64,000 bases of DNA from an uncultured Rhizobium sp. (GTDB lineage: Bacteria; Pseudomonadota; Alphaproteobacteria; Rickettsiales; UBA1997): assembly GCA_964461905.1 (NCBI GenBank), contig CAYWVI010000001.1:8783-72782 (forward strand), given 5' to 3'. The stretch's first letter is position 1. Every line of letters starts with the position of its first letter. Made by a program: the position numbers and the translations under genes. The notes below the pieces were generated by a model. It saw only the letters and a program-made list of their open reading frames with translations. It did not search any database and was not told where the DNA came from. Below are positions 10,891 through 19,840 of the stretch, in pieces.

Positions 10891-12027
10891 CTATTGAGCA
10901 GCTAATATTCTTGCTTGAGAGTCAAATTCTAATATTTCTTCAATTGAATCTGGATTTTTGTGAGGAATTTTTTCTAAAACTCGCTCTACAACATTAACAA
11001 TTTGATTAAATCCAATCTCTTTTTTTAAAAATCTTTCCACCGCAATTTCATTTGCTGCGTTTAGAACTGCTGGAGCTGATCCATCAATTTCCATAACTTG
11101 GCGACATAATTTTATAGCGGGAAATTTTTTATCATCTGTGGCAAAAAAACTTAGATTTTGTAATTTTGCTAAATCAAGTTTTTCATGCTTGATTTTCATT
11201 CTTTTTGGAAATGCTAAGGCATAAGAAATAGGAACTTGCATGTCTGGCTTACTTAACATTGCTAACACCGAACCATCAGCATAATCAACCATTCCATGAA
11301 TTATTGATTGCGGATGCACCAAAATTTTTATTTGTTCTTTTTTTAGAGGAAATAAATGGAAAGCCTCAATCATCTCTAAGCCCTTATTCATCATGGTTGC
11401 AGAATCGATTGATATTTTTGCACCCATTGACCAATTTGGATGTTTTAATGCTTGCTCTACTGTGATTTTTGCAAAATCAATATCACGACCAAAGAAAGGG
11501 CCACCTGATGCTGTAAGCGTAACAGAATCAATTTGGTGTAAATTTTCATTTTCAAAAATCTGAAAAATTGCATTATGTTCTGAATCAACAGGAATAATCT
11601 TTGAACCGCTATTTTTAGCTGCCGCCAATAAAAAACCTCCACCGCAAACTAACGATTCTTTATTAGCCAAAGCTATATCTGAGCCAGATTTTATTGCTTC
11701 TAAAGTTGGCAACATTCCAGCCGCACCAACAATTGCTGAAATAAATAAATCACATTTGATTTTTGCCACTTCCAAAACCGCTTTTTTGCCGCTTAGAATT
11801 TGGCAATTATCTAAATTTTTTAATTCTTCTTTTAGCTGCAAAAACAAAGATTCATTTTCTATTACAACATAGCGTGGCTTTAAATCCAAAGCTTGAGATA
11901 CAAGTGTTTCTAGGTCATTTCTAGCAATAAGAGCCAAAACCTCAAAATCTTGTGGAGAGTTTTTAATAACTTGAATTGTACTTTTTCCAATTGAACCAGT
12001 GCAGCCAAAAATAGAAATTTTTTTCAT
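10891..12027 (-). CDS. dxr: 1-deoxy-D-xylulose-5-phosphate reductoisomerase
   Basis: N-terminal NADPH-binding motif ISIFGCTGSIGKST, plus LANKESLV and DSEHNAIFQ motifs. Confidence 0.92.
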   Translation of the reverse strand: MKKISIFGCTGSIGKSTIQVIKNSPQDFEVLALIARNDLETLVSQALDLKPRYVVIENESLFLQLKEELKNLDNCQILSGKKAVLEVAKIKCDLFISAIVGAAGMLPTLEAIKSGSDIALANKESLVCGGGFLLAAAKNSGSKIIPVDSEHNAIFQIFENENLHQIDSVTLTASGGPFFGRDIDFAKITVEQALKHPNWSMGAKISIDSATMMNKGLEMIEAFHLFPLKKEQIKILVHPQSIIHGMVDYADGSVLAMLSKPDMQVPISYALAFPKRMKIKHEKLDLAKLQNLSFFATDDKKFPAIKLCRQVMEIDGSAPAVLNAANEIAVERFLKKEIGFNQIVNVVERVLEKIPHKNPDSIEEILEFDSQARILAAQ

Positions 12028-12428
12028 TTTATTTTTTTGATTTTGATTTGGTTAATTTTTTTTCCCTTATTTGGTTCAGATATTTTTTTTCCCTCTTCTT
12101 CAATTAAAGCCTCCAAACTCATTGCCTTGGATTGAGTTTTATCTAAAACAAAAGTTATTTCTGGAACAGTTCTTAAAGTAACTTTCTTAGCCATTTGATA
12201 ACGAAAATGTGGCGCAGCTTCATTTAATTTATCGACAATTTTTTTATGCATCGAGTCATTTCCAAAAATGTCGATAAAAATTTTTACATTCTTTGCGTCA
12301 GGACTAACATCAGCTTCTAAAATAGTTATGTAACTTCCCGGAACTGTCAAAATGTCTTCTCTCATAAAAATGTCAGACATTATTCTTTTTATATTTTCTC
12401 CAATTTGTAGCTGTCGTTGCGATTTCAT
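12024..12428 (-). CDS. rbfA: 30S ribosome-binding factor RbfA
   Basis: 134 aa with an RbfA-like N-terminal region (RQLQIGENIKRIMSDIF). 4-nt overlap with dxr. Has a Lys-rich C-terminal tail. Confidence 0.8.
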   Translation of the reverse strand: MKSQRQLQIGENIKRIMSDIFMREDILTVPGSYITILEADVSPDAKNVKIFIDIFGNDSMHKKIVDKLNEAAPHFRYQMAKKVTLRTVPEITFVLDKTQSKAMSLEALIEEEGKKISEPNKGKKINQIKIKKIK

Positions 12429-12511
12429 TTTTCTTAAAAATTAAATTAAGTTGTAAATACGTCTTTTAGCTCCCTTCTTATGACGGGATCTTTTTATTAT
12501 TTTCTAAATTT

Positions 12512-13231
12512 TTAGAAACGTTTATATTGATGAATACCACGCATCACCAAATCAAAAGTGCAAAGTTTAATTGATTGAGTATTCATAATGTCTGAGTGAC
12601 GAACAAGAGCCGTTAAAGCTTTTCTTTCTTCTTCGCTATATGACAAATATTGGTAATCCGTTTCATTATATGGATGCTTTGCAAAATACATTTCTGTTTC
12701 AAGCTTACCAAATTTTGGGTGATAAACATTCATATTAATGTGTGGAGCGCGTCCCGGAACTGAACCCGGCATAATTGTTATGAAGTGATAATTGCCTAAA
12801 TTATCGGTAACAGTTCTTCCTGACATACTAAAATATTTATCGATAAACTCGCTGTCTTGTTCAAGCAAAGTATGATATTTTCCTGCTGAATTTTTTTGCC
12901 AAATCTCAATAACAGCACCATCAATTGGCACATTAAAAGAGTCTGTTAAAGTGCCTTGAATAAAAATTATCTCTCCAAAAGCACGATAAAAAGCTCCCGT
13001 TTTTTTAGCTAAATTATTAGTAGTTGCAAAAGTTTCTGGAATTGAAAGATCTGCCGCAAAAAAGCGTGAAGGAGTGGGAGTTTTTGGCTCAAAAACTGAA
13101 GGAGCTTCTTTGTTAAAACGATCAACTGGATAACCTTTAACATGCTTAAAAGCTGGATGAATTTCATCTTCAATAGCAAAAGAAGAAAAAGACCAAAACA
13201 CTAATAAAATTGTTAAAACAAATTTTCTCAT
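12512..13231 (-). CDS. secreted intradiol ring-cleavage dioxygenase-like protein (PcaH-like fold)
   Basis: Signal peptide (LLVFWSFSSFA). The core matches the Dioxygenase_C pattern: VIEIWQKNSAGKYH, GRTVTDNLGNYHFITIMPG, APHIN. Confidence 0.5.
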   Translation of the reverse strand: MRKFVLTILLVFWSFSSFAIEDEIHPAFKHVKGYPVDRFNKEAPSVFEPKTPTPSRFFAADLSIPETFATTNNLAKKTGAFYRAFGEIIFIQGTLTDSFNVPIDGAVIEIWQKNSAGKYHTLLEQDSEFIDKYFSMSGRTVTDNLGNYHFITIMPGSVPGRAPHINMNVYHPKFGKLETEMYFAKHPYNETDYQYLSYSEEERKALTALVRHSDIMNTQSIKLCTFDLVMRGIHQYKRF

Positions 13232-13235
13232 TTGA

Positions 13236-13805
13236 TTAAACTTTTGGTAATGTCACTCCAGTTTGTTTCATGTACTTTCCAGAGCGCATGTCGTAAGAAA
13301 CTTCACAAGGTTGATCACCTTTGAAAAATAAAAACTGACAGGCTCCTTCAAAAGCATATATTTTGGCAGGCAATGGAGTTGTATTTGAAAACTCTAAAGT
13401 AACGTGACCTTCCCAACCAGGTTCTAAAGGAGTAACATTTACAATAATTCCACAACGGGCATAAGTTGATTTACCAACACAAACAACCAAAACATCTTTT
13501 GGAATTTTAAAATATTCAACCGTACGAGCTAAAGCAAAACTATTTGGCGGAATAATACAAACATCAGTTGTACGATTTACAAAACTAGTTTCGCAGAAAT
13601 TTTTTGGATCAACAATTGCCGAGTCAATATTGGTAAAAATTTTAAACTCGTTAGAAACTCGAGCATCATAACCATAAGAAGAGTTACCGTAAGAAATTAT
13701 TTTGTTACCTTGCAAATCAACACGAACCTGTTGTTCTGCAAACGGCTCAATCATTTTTTGATTTTTGACGAGCGCGGCAATTGATTTATCTGAAAGAATT
13801 GACAT
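13236..13805 (-). CDS. dcd: dCTP deaminase
   Basis: 189 aa with [19 protein letters not shown] and [13 protein letters not shown] motifs of the Dcd/dUTPase-fold family. Confidence 0.85.
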   Translation of the reverse strand: MSILSDKSIAALVKNQKMIEPFAEQQVRVDLQGNKIISYGNSSYGYDARVSNEFKIFTNIDSAIVDPKNFCETSFVNRTTDVCIIPPNSFALARTVEYFKIPKDVLVVCVGKSTYARCGIIVNVTPLEPGWEGHVTLEFSNTTPLPAKIYAFEGACQFLFFKGDQPCEVSYDMRSGKYMKQTGVTLPKV

Positions 13806-13844
13806 TGGTTGCTAAAAGAAATTTTGATTTTGATGAGAAGTTTC

Positions 13845-13873
13845 TTGCCTGTAATAAGATGTCTTTTTATAAA
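13845..13873 (+). promoter_or_regulatory. possible sigma-70-type promoter for the CPA2 antiporter gene
   Basis: TTGCCT, 17-nt spacer, TATAAA, 46 nt upstream of the ATG at 13920. Such matches arise easily by chance in AT-rich DNA. Confidence 0.25.
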
Positions 13874-13919
13874 AAATAAATCTCAATTCGCAAATTAAAA
13901 ACTCCTATTTTTTTACAAA

Positions 13920-15674
13920 ATGCATGACATCTCTTATCTACGAGATATATTAATTTTACTTTTTGCCTCAGTATTAATTGTAATTATTTTTAGACAGCTT
14001 GGCTTAAGTCCCGCCTTGGGATATCTAGTCTCTGGAGCAGCTATTGGACCTTTTGGTTTTGGAGTTTTAACAAGCACAGAAACCACTCAATCTATTGCCG
14101 AACTTGGTATAGTTTTTTTGCTTTTTGCTATAGGATTAGAACTTACTTTAGGACGGTTAATTGCAATGAAAAAATACGTCTTAGGTTTTGGTGGACTGCA
14201 AGTAATTTTAACATCTGCCGCAATTTCGTTGATTGGTGTAGAGTTTTTTAAGCTACCCCTAGAAACCGCAATTATCATTGGAACCGCTTTATCTCTTTCT
14301 TCAACTGCAATTGTGCTGCAAGTAATTGCTGAGCATTCTGAACAAACCACAAGGGTTGGTCGTTTATCTTTTTCAATTCTTTTAATGCAAGATTTGGCAG
14401 TAATTCCAATTTTAGTTTTACTACCTCTTCTTGCTAAAAAAGATTCTGATCTAAATATTTTTCATGCTTTAGGTGGAGCATTACTTGATGCAATGATAGC
14501 CATGGCAATCATTGTTGTTGTTGGAAGACTTCTTTTGCGTCCACTCTACCGCTTAATTGCCGCGACAAAAAATGACGTATTATTTTTAAGCTTAACTTTA
14601 TTAATCATTTTAGGATCATCATTTTTGAGCAATCACATGGGTTTATCTTTTGCCCTTGGAGCTTTTATCGCTGGCTTAATGGTTGCTGAAACTGAATATA
14701 AATATCGTGTTGAAGAAGAAATTCTCTCTCTAAAATCACTTTTGATGGGACTTTTCTTCATGACAATTGGAATGTCATTTGATTTTGATTTATTGCTTTC
14801 AAGCTTACCTTATATCGTGATGGTTTCTTTGGCTCTGATAGTTGTAAAATCTTCAATAATCATAACCTTATGTGCCATTTTTCGCTTTCCCATGGCACCA
14901 GCAATTCATACTGGATTGCTACTTTCACAAGGTGGAGAATTTGCCTTTGTTGTATTTTTAATGGCTGTTCAACTCAAATTTATTGATATCGACACTTCAC
15001 AATTTTTGATGACTGTTGTTACGTTCACAATGGCACTCACCCCATTGCTTGCAGCACTTGGACGCAAAGCTAAATCAAATCTTTATACCAAAGAAGTTCT
15101 TCAAGATAATCAAATTAAACGAGAACTTGGCGATATTTCTAAACATGTAATAGTTATTGGATTCTCAAAAGTAGGACGCATTGTTTCGTATATACTTCGC
15201 AAACGCGGCATAAATTATGTTGTAATAGAAAATAATCATCGCGCTGTTCGCATCGAAAAAAATAACGGCTATAACATACATTATGGTGATGCTTTAAACA
15301 TCGACATACTTCGCTATGTTGGAATTGAGCGTTGTGAATCAGTTGTTATTACTATGGAAGATGAAATTGCGTGTATTAAAATAACTCGATTCATTCACGA
15401 AAATTTTCCTAATGCTCACGTAATCACAAAAGCCGAAACTATAAATAATGCTGATCGCTTTAAAAAACTTGGAGCTAGCTTGGTTGTTTCAAAAAATCTT
15501 GAAACTGGATTACAATTAACTCATGCAGCACTAACTTCAGTTGGCACAACAACTTCTGAGATAAACAATGCCCTTTCTGCATTTCGTGATATTAACTCTG
15601 ATATTATGCGCGACATAATACTTTATGATGAAAATAGCGGCGGGGAAGAGATTTTTGAAAAAAAACCTAACTAA
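13920..15674 (+). CDS. monovalent cation:proton antiporter-2 (CPA2, KefB/KefC-like) with C-terminal TrkA-N/RCK domain
   Basis: About 12 predicted TM segments of Na+/H+-exchanger type, followed by a Rossmann-like segment (HVIVIGFSKVGRIV). Confidence 0.8.
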   Translation: MHDISYLRDILILLFASVLIVIIFRQLGLSPALGYLVSGAAIGPFGFGVLTSTETTQSIAELGIVFLLFAIGLELTLGRLIAMKKYVLGFGGLQVILTSAAISLIGVEFFKLPLETAIIIGTALSLSSTAIVLQVIAEHSEQTTRVGRLSFSILLMQDLAVIPILVLLPLLAKKDSDLNIFHALGGALLDAMIAMAIIVVVGRLLLRPLYRLIAATKNDVLFLSLTLLIILGSSFLSNHMGLSFALGAFIAGLMVAETEYKYRVEEEILSLKSLLMGLFFMTIGMSFDFDLLLSSLPYIVMVSLALIVVKSSIIITLCAIFRFPMAPAIHTGLLLSQGGEFAFVVFLMAVQLKFIDIDTSQFLMTVVTFTMALTPLLAALGRKAKSNLYTKEVLQDNQIKRELGDISKHVIVIGFSKVGRIVSYILRKRGINYVVIENNHRAVRIEKNNGYNIHYGDALNIDILRYVGIERCESVVITMEDEIACIKITRFIHENFPNAHVITKAETINNADRFKKLGASLVVSKNLETGLQLTHAALTSVGTTTSEINNALSAFRDINSDIMRDIILYDENSGGEEIFEKKPN

Positions 15675-15686
15675 ATTAATTGGGTA

Positions 15687-15722
15687 ACTTTTGGATTGGG
15701 TTTTAGAACACAATCCAAAAGT
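15687..15722. terminator. stem-loop between convergent genes, possible bidirectional terminator
   Basis: Perfect 12-bp inverted repeat ACTTTTGGATTG / CAATCCAAAAGT with a 12-nt loop, between the kefB-like stop (15674) and the popZ-like stop (15742). No strong T-tract. Confidence 0.4.
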
Positions 15723-15741
15723 GCTAATTAAGTGGTAAAAT

Positions 15742-17502
15742 TTATTCTTTTGGAATCATCTTTTTAATCTCTTCTCTAACAACTTTTTCAACCAAGTCTG
15801 GCAAATTATCGTTAAACCATTTTTCAATTTTTGGTTCCATTAAATGCAAAGCTAACTCTGCAAGAGCTGGACTTTGAGAAAAGCTAGAAATTCCAGAAAC
15901 CACATTTTTGGCATCAACTAATTTTTTTACTGAATCACTTACTTGACGAACAGTTGATTCATATTCTTGTGATTTTACTGGCTGACTAACTAGTTTATCA
16001 CTCTCAAATTTTTGCGATTTTTCTTTTTCCATTGGCATGAAATTCATTGTTGGCTGTGCTTTCAATGGCATTGAAGTTTCAGAGGTATTGGCTGAAAAAC
16101 CCATCAACTCTTTTTCAAATTCAAGATCAATTTCATGTTTTTGAATTTGTGGCTGATTTGAGTCTTCAAGTTTTTTATCCCATAAAATTTCTTGCTCTGG
16201 ATTCGAATTAAACCCTAAAGGATCTAATTCCTTAACTTCTTCTTTAGTGGCTTCAAAAACAGTTTGCTGCTCAATTTCTTCATTTTTTACCTGAGCAAAA
16301 ATATCATCTTCTTGCTCAAGATCTGCAAAATCAAAATCATCCTTGGGCATTTCACTAACTGTTTCTTTTTGTAACTCAGATTTTGGTTCCAATTTTTCTA
16401 AAATATCTAAATCTAAATCGTCAATTTTTGGTTCAGGTTGTTTTAAAAAAGATTGTTCTTCAGTTTTTATAGACATCTTATCATCTTCCAAATGAGCATC
16501 AAAAGATGGTAATTCTTTCGACGAACTTTCCATAGTTTGGTTAACTATTTCTTCTTCCTCCTCAAAATTAGGTAACTCTAAATCATCTTCTTCTAAATCT
16601 TCGTCATGATTATCTTCTTCTTGCTCCTCATGATCTTCTTCATGGTATTCTTCAAAACCCTCTTCATCATCTTCATGATCTTCTAAATCTTCATCATGAT
16701 CATCTTCTTCTTGTTCATCATGATCTTCTTCAAAATTCTCTTCTTCATCTTCATGATCTTCTAAATCTTCATCATGATCATCTTCTTCTTGTTCGTCATG
16801 ATCTTCTTCAAAATTCTCTTCATCATCTTCATGATCTTCTAAATCTTCGTCATGATCATCTTCTTCTTGCTCTTCCTGATCTTCTTCATCTTCATGATCT
16901 TCAGAATCCTCTAACAATTCTTCTTCAGACTCTGATTCTGTAACGGAAGAATTAATTGGATTTCCTAGCCAATCAACAGGCCCAACATCTCCTGCCACAA
17001 CTTGAGAAGTTTTGCCACTAACACCATTATCTTCTACCTCAACTTCATCTTCAGATTTTTCAATTTCTGACACATCTAAAACTGGATCAGGCATTACAAC
17101 AGCTCCAGATTCTTTTCTGGCAGGAGGATTAATTGCGGAAGGTGCAAAAGTTTTTTCTTCATTGTCTAAATCTAAATCATCCAAATTAAAATCTTTGAAA
17201 CTTTCAATTCCTGAAGTTTTTTCCGTAGATTTTTTTATTGATAAATCTTTTTTCTCTTCGAATTTTTCAATGTCTATTCCCAAATCATCTTCAAATTTTT
17301 GATCTACAACTGATGCTACTTCTGCCTTAGATTCTACAGCCTTACTTTTTTTATTATCGCTAGAAGAAATATCTTCAAATTCATCTTCTGAATTAGAATT
17401 AACAACGTTTGGAACCTCTTCTTTTTTCTCAGCTTTTTGATCAAGCTTAAGCATTTTTTTCTTGATAGTTTCTAAAATCGAATGAGTATTTTTTTCTGCC
17501 AT
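15742..17502 (-). CDS. PopZ-like (DUF2497-type) polar-organising protein homologue with a greatly expanded acidic repeat linker
   Basis: C-terminus LAELALHLMEPKIEKWFNDNLPDLVEKVVREEIKKM aligns with my recollection of the Caulobacter PopZ C-terminal domain (LEDVVRELLRPLLKEWLDQNLPRIVETKVEEEVQRI). N-terminal helix SILETIKKKM resembles PopZ MEEILASIRRII. The middle is extremely acidic. Confidence 0.6.
   Translation of the reverse strand: MAEKNTHSILETIKKKMLKLDQKAEKKEEVPNVVNSNSEDEFEDISSSDNKKSKAVESKAEVASVVDQKFEDDLGIDIEKFEEKKDLSIKKSTEKTSGIESFKDFNLDDLDLDNEEKTFAPSAINPPARKESGAVVMPDPVLDVSEIEKSEDEVEVEDNGVSGKTSQVVAGDVGPVDWLGNPINSSVTESESEEELLEDSEDHEDEEDQEEQEEDDHDEDLEDHEDDEENFEEDHDEQEEDDHDEDLEDHEDEEENFEEDHDEQEEDDHDEDLEDHEDDEEGFEEYHEEDHEEQEEDNHDEDLEEDDLELPNFEEEEEIVNQTMESSSKELPSFDAHLEDDKMSIKTEEQSFLKQPEPKIDDLDLDILEKLEPKSELQKETVSEMPKDDFDFADLEQEDDIFAQVKNEEIEQQTVFEATKEEVKELDPLGFNSNPEQEILWDKKLEDSNQPQIQKHEIDLEFEKELMGFSANTSETSMPLKAQPTMNFMPMEKEKSQKFESDKLVSQPVKSQEYESTVRQVSDSVKKLVDAKNVVSGISSFSQSPALAELALHLMEPKIEKWFNDNLPDLVEKVVREEIKKMIPKE
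16591..16905 (-). repeat. in-frame 78-nt (26-aa) tandem repeat inside the PopZ-like gene
   Basis: Units 16681-16758 and 16759-16836 differ at only 2 of 78 positions by my comparison. More diverged copies lie at 16591-16680 and 16837 to about 16905. The unit encodes DHDEDLEDHEDDEENFEEDHDEQEED. Confidence 0.85.
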
Positions 17503-17617
17503 TACAAACCCTGTAAAGTGTTGATTTTGCTAGTTTTGGAAACCTATTTATTTTTTATCTCAAATAAAAAACTAAGCCGATTTTTTTACCATCTTGCTAA
17601 AATTACAATCAAATAAA

Positions 17618-19609
17618 ATGAAAAAAGATTACCTAAAAATTTTTATATGGCTCTGCATCGGAATTTTAGGTGCTGCTTCATTTGGTGGAATTGCATTAAT
17701 ACGCGGAGAAAAAATTTCTTCATTATGGTTTATTACAGCTTGTGTTTGCACTCAACTTATTGCTTATCGTTTTTATAGTGCGTGGATTGCAACAAAAATT
17801 TTGCAAGTAAATGAAAATAACAAAACTCCAGCCACAAAAATTAATGATGGAAAAGATTTTGTTCCAACAAATCGCTGGATTGTTTTTGGACATCATTTTG
17901 CCGCAATCGCTGGACCTGGACCATTAATTGGCCCAACTCTTGCTGCACAATTTGGATATTTACCGGGAACATTATGGATTTTAATTGGCTCAGTTTTTGC
18001 TGGCGCAGTTCAAGATTTAATAATTCTATTCGCTTCAATGCGTAGAAACGCAAAATCACTTGGACAATTAATAAAAGATGAAGTTGGAAAAACCTCGGGA
18101 TATGCAGCAATGATTGGAACGTTAGCAATCATAATTATCTTAATCGCTGTTTTAGGCTTAGTTGTTGTAAAAGCTTTAGCGCATAGTCCTTGGGGTTCTT
18201 TTACTGTTTTAATGACCATTCCAATTGCCATGTTGGTTGGTATATACTTATACTACATTCGTCCAACTGGAGTTATTGAAGCAAGTTTAGTTGGCTTCGT
18301 TTTATTTCTCTTGGCTGTTTATGGTGGAAAATTAATTCACTATCACCCTGCACTATCACAAATTTTTGATCAAAGCTCAAAATTCTTAGCAATCGCTGTT
18401 ATTATTTATGGATTTGCTGCCGCCACACTTCCTGTTTGGCTACTTTTAACGCCGCGTGATTATTTATCTTCGTTCTTAAAACTTGGAACAATTTTACTAC
18501 TCGCAATTGCTTTGTTGATCTTTCGCCCTGAAATTCAAATGCCAGCAATAACACAATTTATTGATGGTTCTGGTCCAATTTTTAGCGGCAAAATTTTTCC
18601 ATTTTTATTTATTACAATTGCTTGTGGCGCAATCTCGGGATTTCATGCATTAGTCGCTTCAGGAACAACTCCCAAAATTATCTCTAATGAAAAAGATGTT
18701 CGCCTAATTGGTTATGGAAGCATGTTACTTGAAGGATCAGTTGCAATTATGGCAATGATCGCTGCTTGCGTTTTGCAACCCGGAATTTTCTTTGCCATAA
18801 ATTCACCAGCTGCCGCTTTAGGAAGCGATGCAGCACAAACTATAACATCTTGGGGTTTTCCAGTAACGTCAGAAACCATGAAAGAACTAGCAGCACAAAT
18901 GGGTGAAAACACTTTATTTTCGCGCACTGGCGGCGCGCCTTCTCTTGCTGTTGGCATGGCAACAATTTTTTCATCAGCTTTTGGCAGCAATATGTTATCA
19001 CTTTGGTATCATTTTGCCATTATGTTTGAAGCAATTTTTATTCTTACAACTCTTGATGCAGGAACAAGAGTTGCGCGCTTTATGCTTGAAGATTTACTTA
19101 AATTTCGCGAAAAAAATTTACATAAATCAATTTTAGCTTCTTTGTTTTCTAGCTTCTTAATTGTTGCCGCTTGGGGATATTTTCTTTATATTGGAGTAAT
19201 TGATCCAAGCGGAGGCGTAAATATTTTGTGGCCACTTTTTGGAATGTCGAACCAAATGCTTGCAGGAATTGCATTGGTTTTAGCAACAGTAATAATCTTT
19301 AAAAGTAATCGTAGGAAATATTTTTTTGTTACCGCAATTCCCCTGATTTTTCTTTTAATTACAGTCAGCTGGGCAGTTTTAGAAAAAGTATTTTCTTCTG
19401 ACGTAAAAATTGGTTTTTTCGCTCTAGCAAATTCACTGCAATTTAACCTTGAACATGGTTTGATTTTAGGTGCAGAAAATATTTCAACAGCCAAAAAAAC
19501 TATTTTTAATCAACGCTTAGTTGGAACAATCGCTTTAAGCTTTGCAGCAATTTTATGGATTGTAGTAATTGATGGAATTCGTAGCTGTCTTTTTTTCAAG
19601 AAAAAATGA
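17618..19609 (+). CDS. cstA: carbon starvation protein A family transporter (CstA/BtsT-like)
   Basis: Polytopic membrane protein. Its N-terminus (GIALIRGEKISSLWFITACVCTQLIAYRFY) matches the CstA pattern. Start moved from TTG 17594 to ATG 17618. Confidence 0.88.
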   Translation: MKKDYLKIFIWLCIGILGAASFGGIALIRGEKISSLWFITACVCTQLIAYRFYSAWIATKILQVNENNKTPATKINDGKDFVPTNRWIVFGHHFAAIAGPGPLIGPTLAAQFGYLPGTLWILIGSVFAGAVQDLIILFASMRRNAKSLGQLIKDEVGKTSGYAAMIGTLAIIIILIAVLGLVVVKALAHSPWGSFTVLMTIPIAMLVGIYLYYIRPTGVIEASLVGFVLFLLAVYGGKLIHYHPALSQIFDQSSKFLAIAVIIYGFAAATLPVWLLLTPRDYLSSFLKLGTILLLAIALLIFRPEIQMPAITQFIDGSGPIFSGKIFPFLFITIACGAISGFHALVASGTTPKIISNEKDVRLIGYGSMLLEGSVAIMAMIAACVLQPGIFFAINSPAAALGSDAAQTITSWGFPVTSETMKELAAQMGENTLFSRTGGAPSLAVGMATIFSSAFGSNMLSLWYHFAIMFEAIFILTTLDAGTRVARFMLEDLLKFREKNLHKSILASLFSSFLIVAAWGYFLYIGVIDPSGGVNILWPLFGMSNQMLAGIALVLATVIIFKSNRRKYFFVTAIPLIFLLITVSWAVLEKVFSSDVKIGFFALANSLQFNLEHGLILGAENISTAKKTIFNQRLVGTIALSFAAILWIVVIDGIRSCLFFKKK

Positions 19610-19779
19610 AAAAAATTTGGGCTTTTTTAAAACTAGTTATTAGCTATTTAAACGGCAATTTTGCTTATCAAAATTATCTTAAAATTCATAATCAAAATCA
19701 CCCAGAAATAGTGCCGATGAATCAGAAGAATTTTTTTAGAGAAAGAACCAAAAATAAAAAAATTAACCGCTGCTGTTGA
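19606..19779 (+). CDS. YbdD/YjiX-family small protein (DUF466), CstA-associated
   Basis: 57-codon ORF absent from the supplied track. Translation: MKKIWAFLKLVISYLNGNFAYQNYLKIHNQNHPEIVPMNQKNFFRERTKNKKINRCC. Shows the family hallmarks Y..Y..H...HP...PM...FFRER and a terminal RCC. ATGA overlap with the cstA stop. Confidence 0.7.
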   Translation: MKKIWAFLKLVISYLNGNFAYQNYLKIHNQNHPEIVPMNQKNFFRERTKNKKINRCC

Positions 19780-19840
19780 CATTGAAGGGTGCTTCTTAAA
19801 TGATTAATCAATCTCTTTTTAAGTATTTTTAAAAAAACAC

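Noticed and set aside
16591-16905. CRISPR-like or non-coding satellite repeat
   Set aside because: The repeats are contiguous with no spacers, are in frame, and encode the acidic linker of a long ORF.
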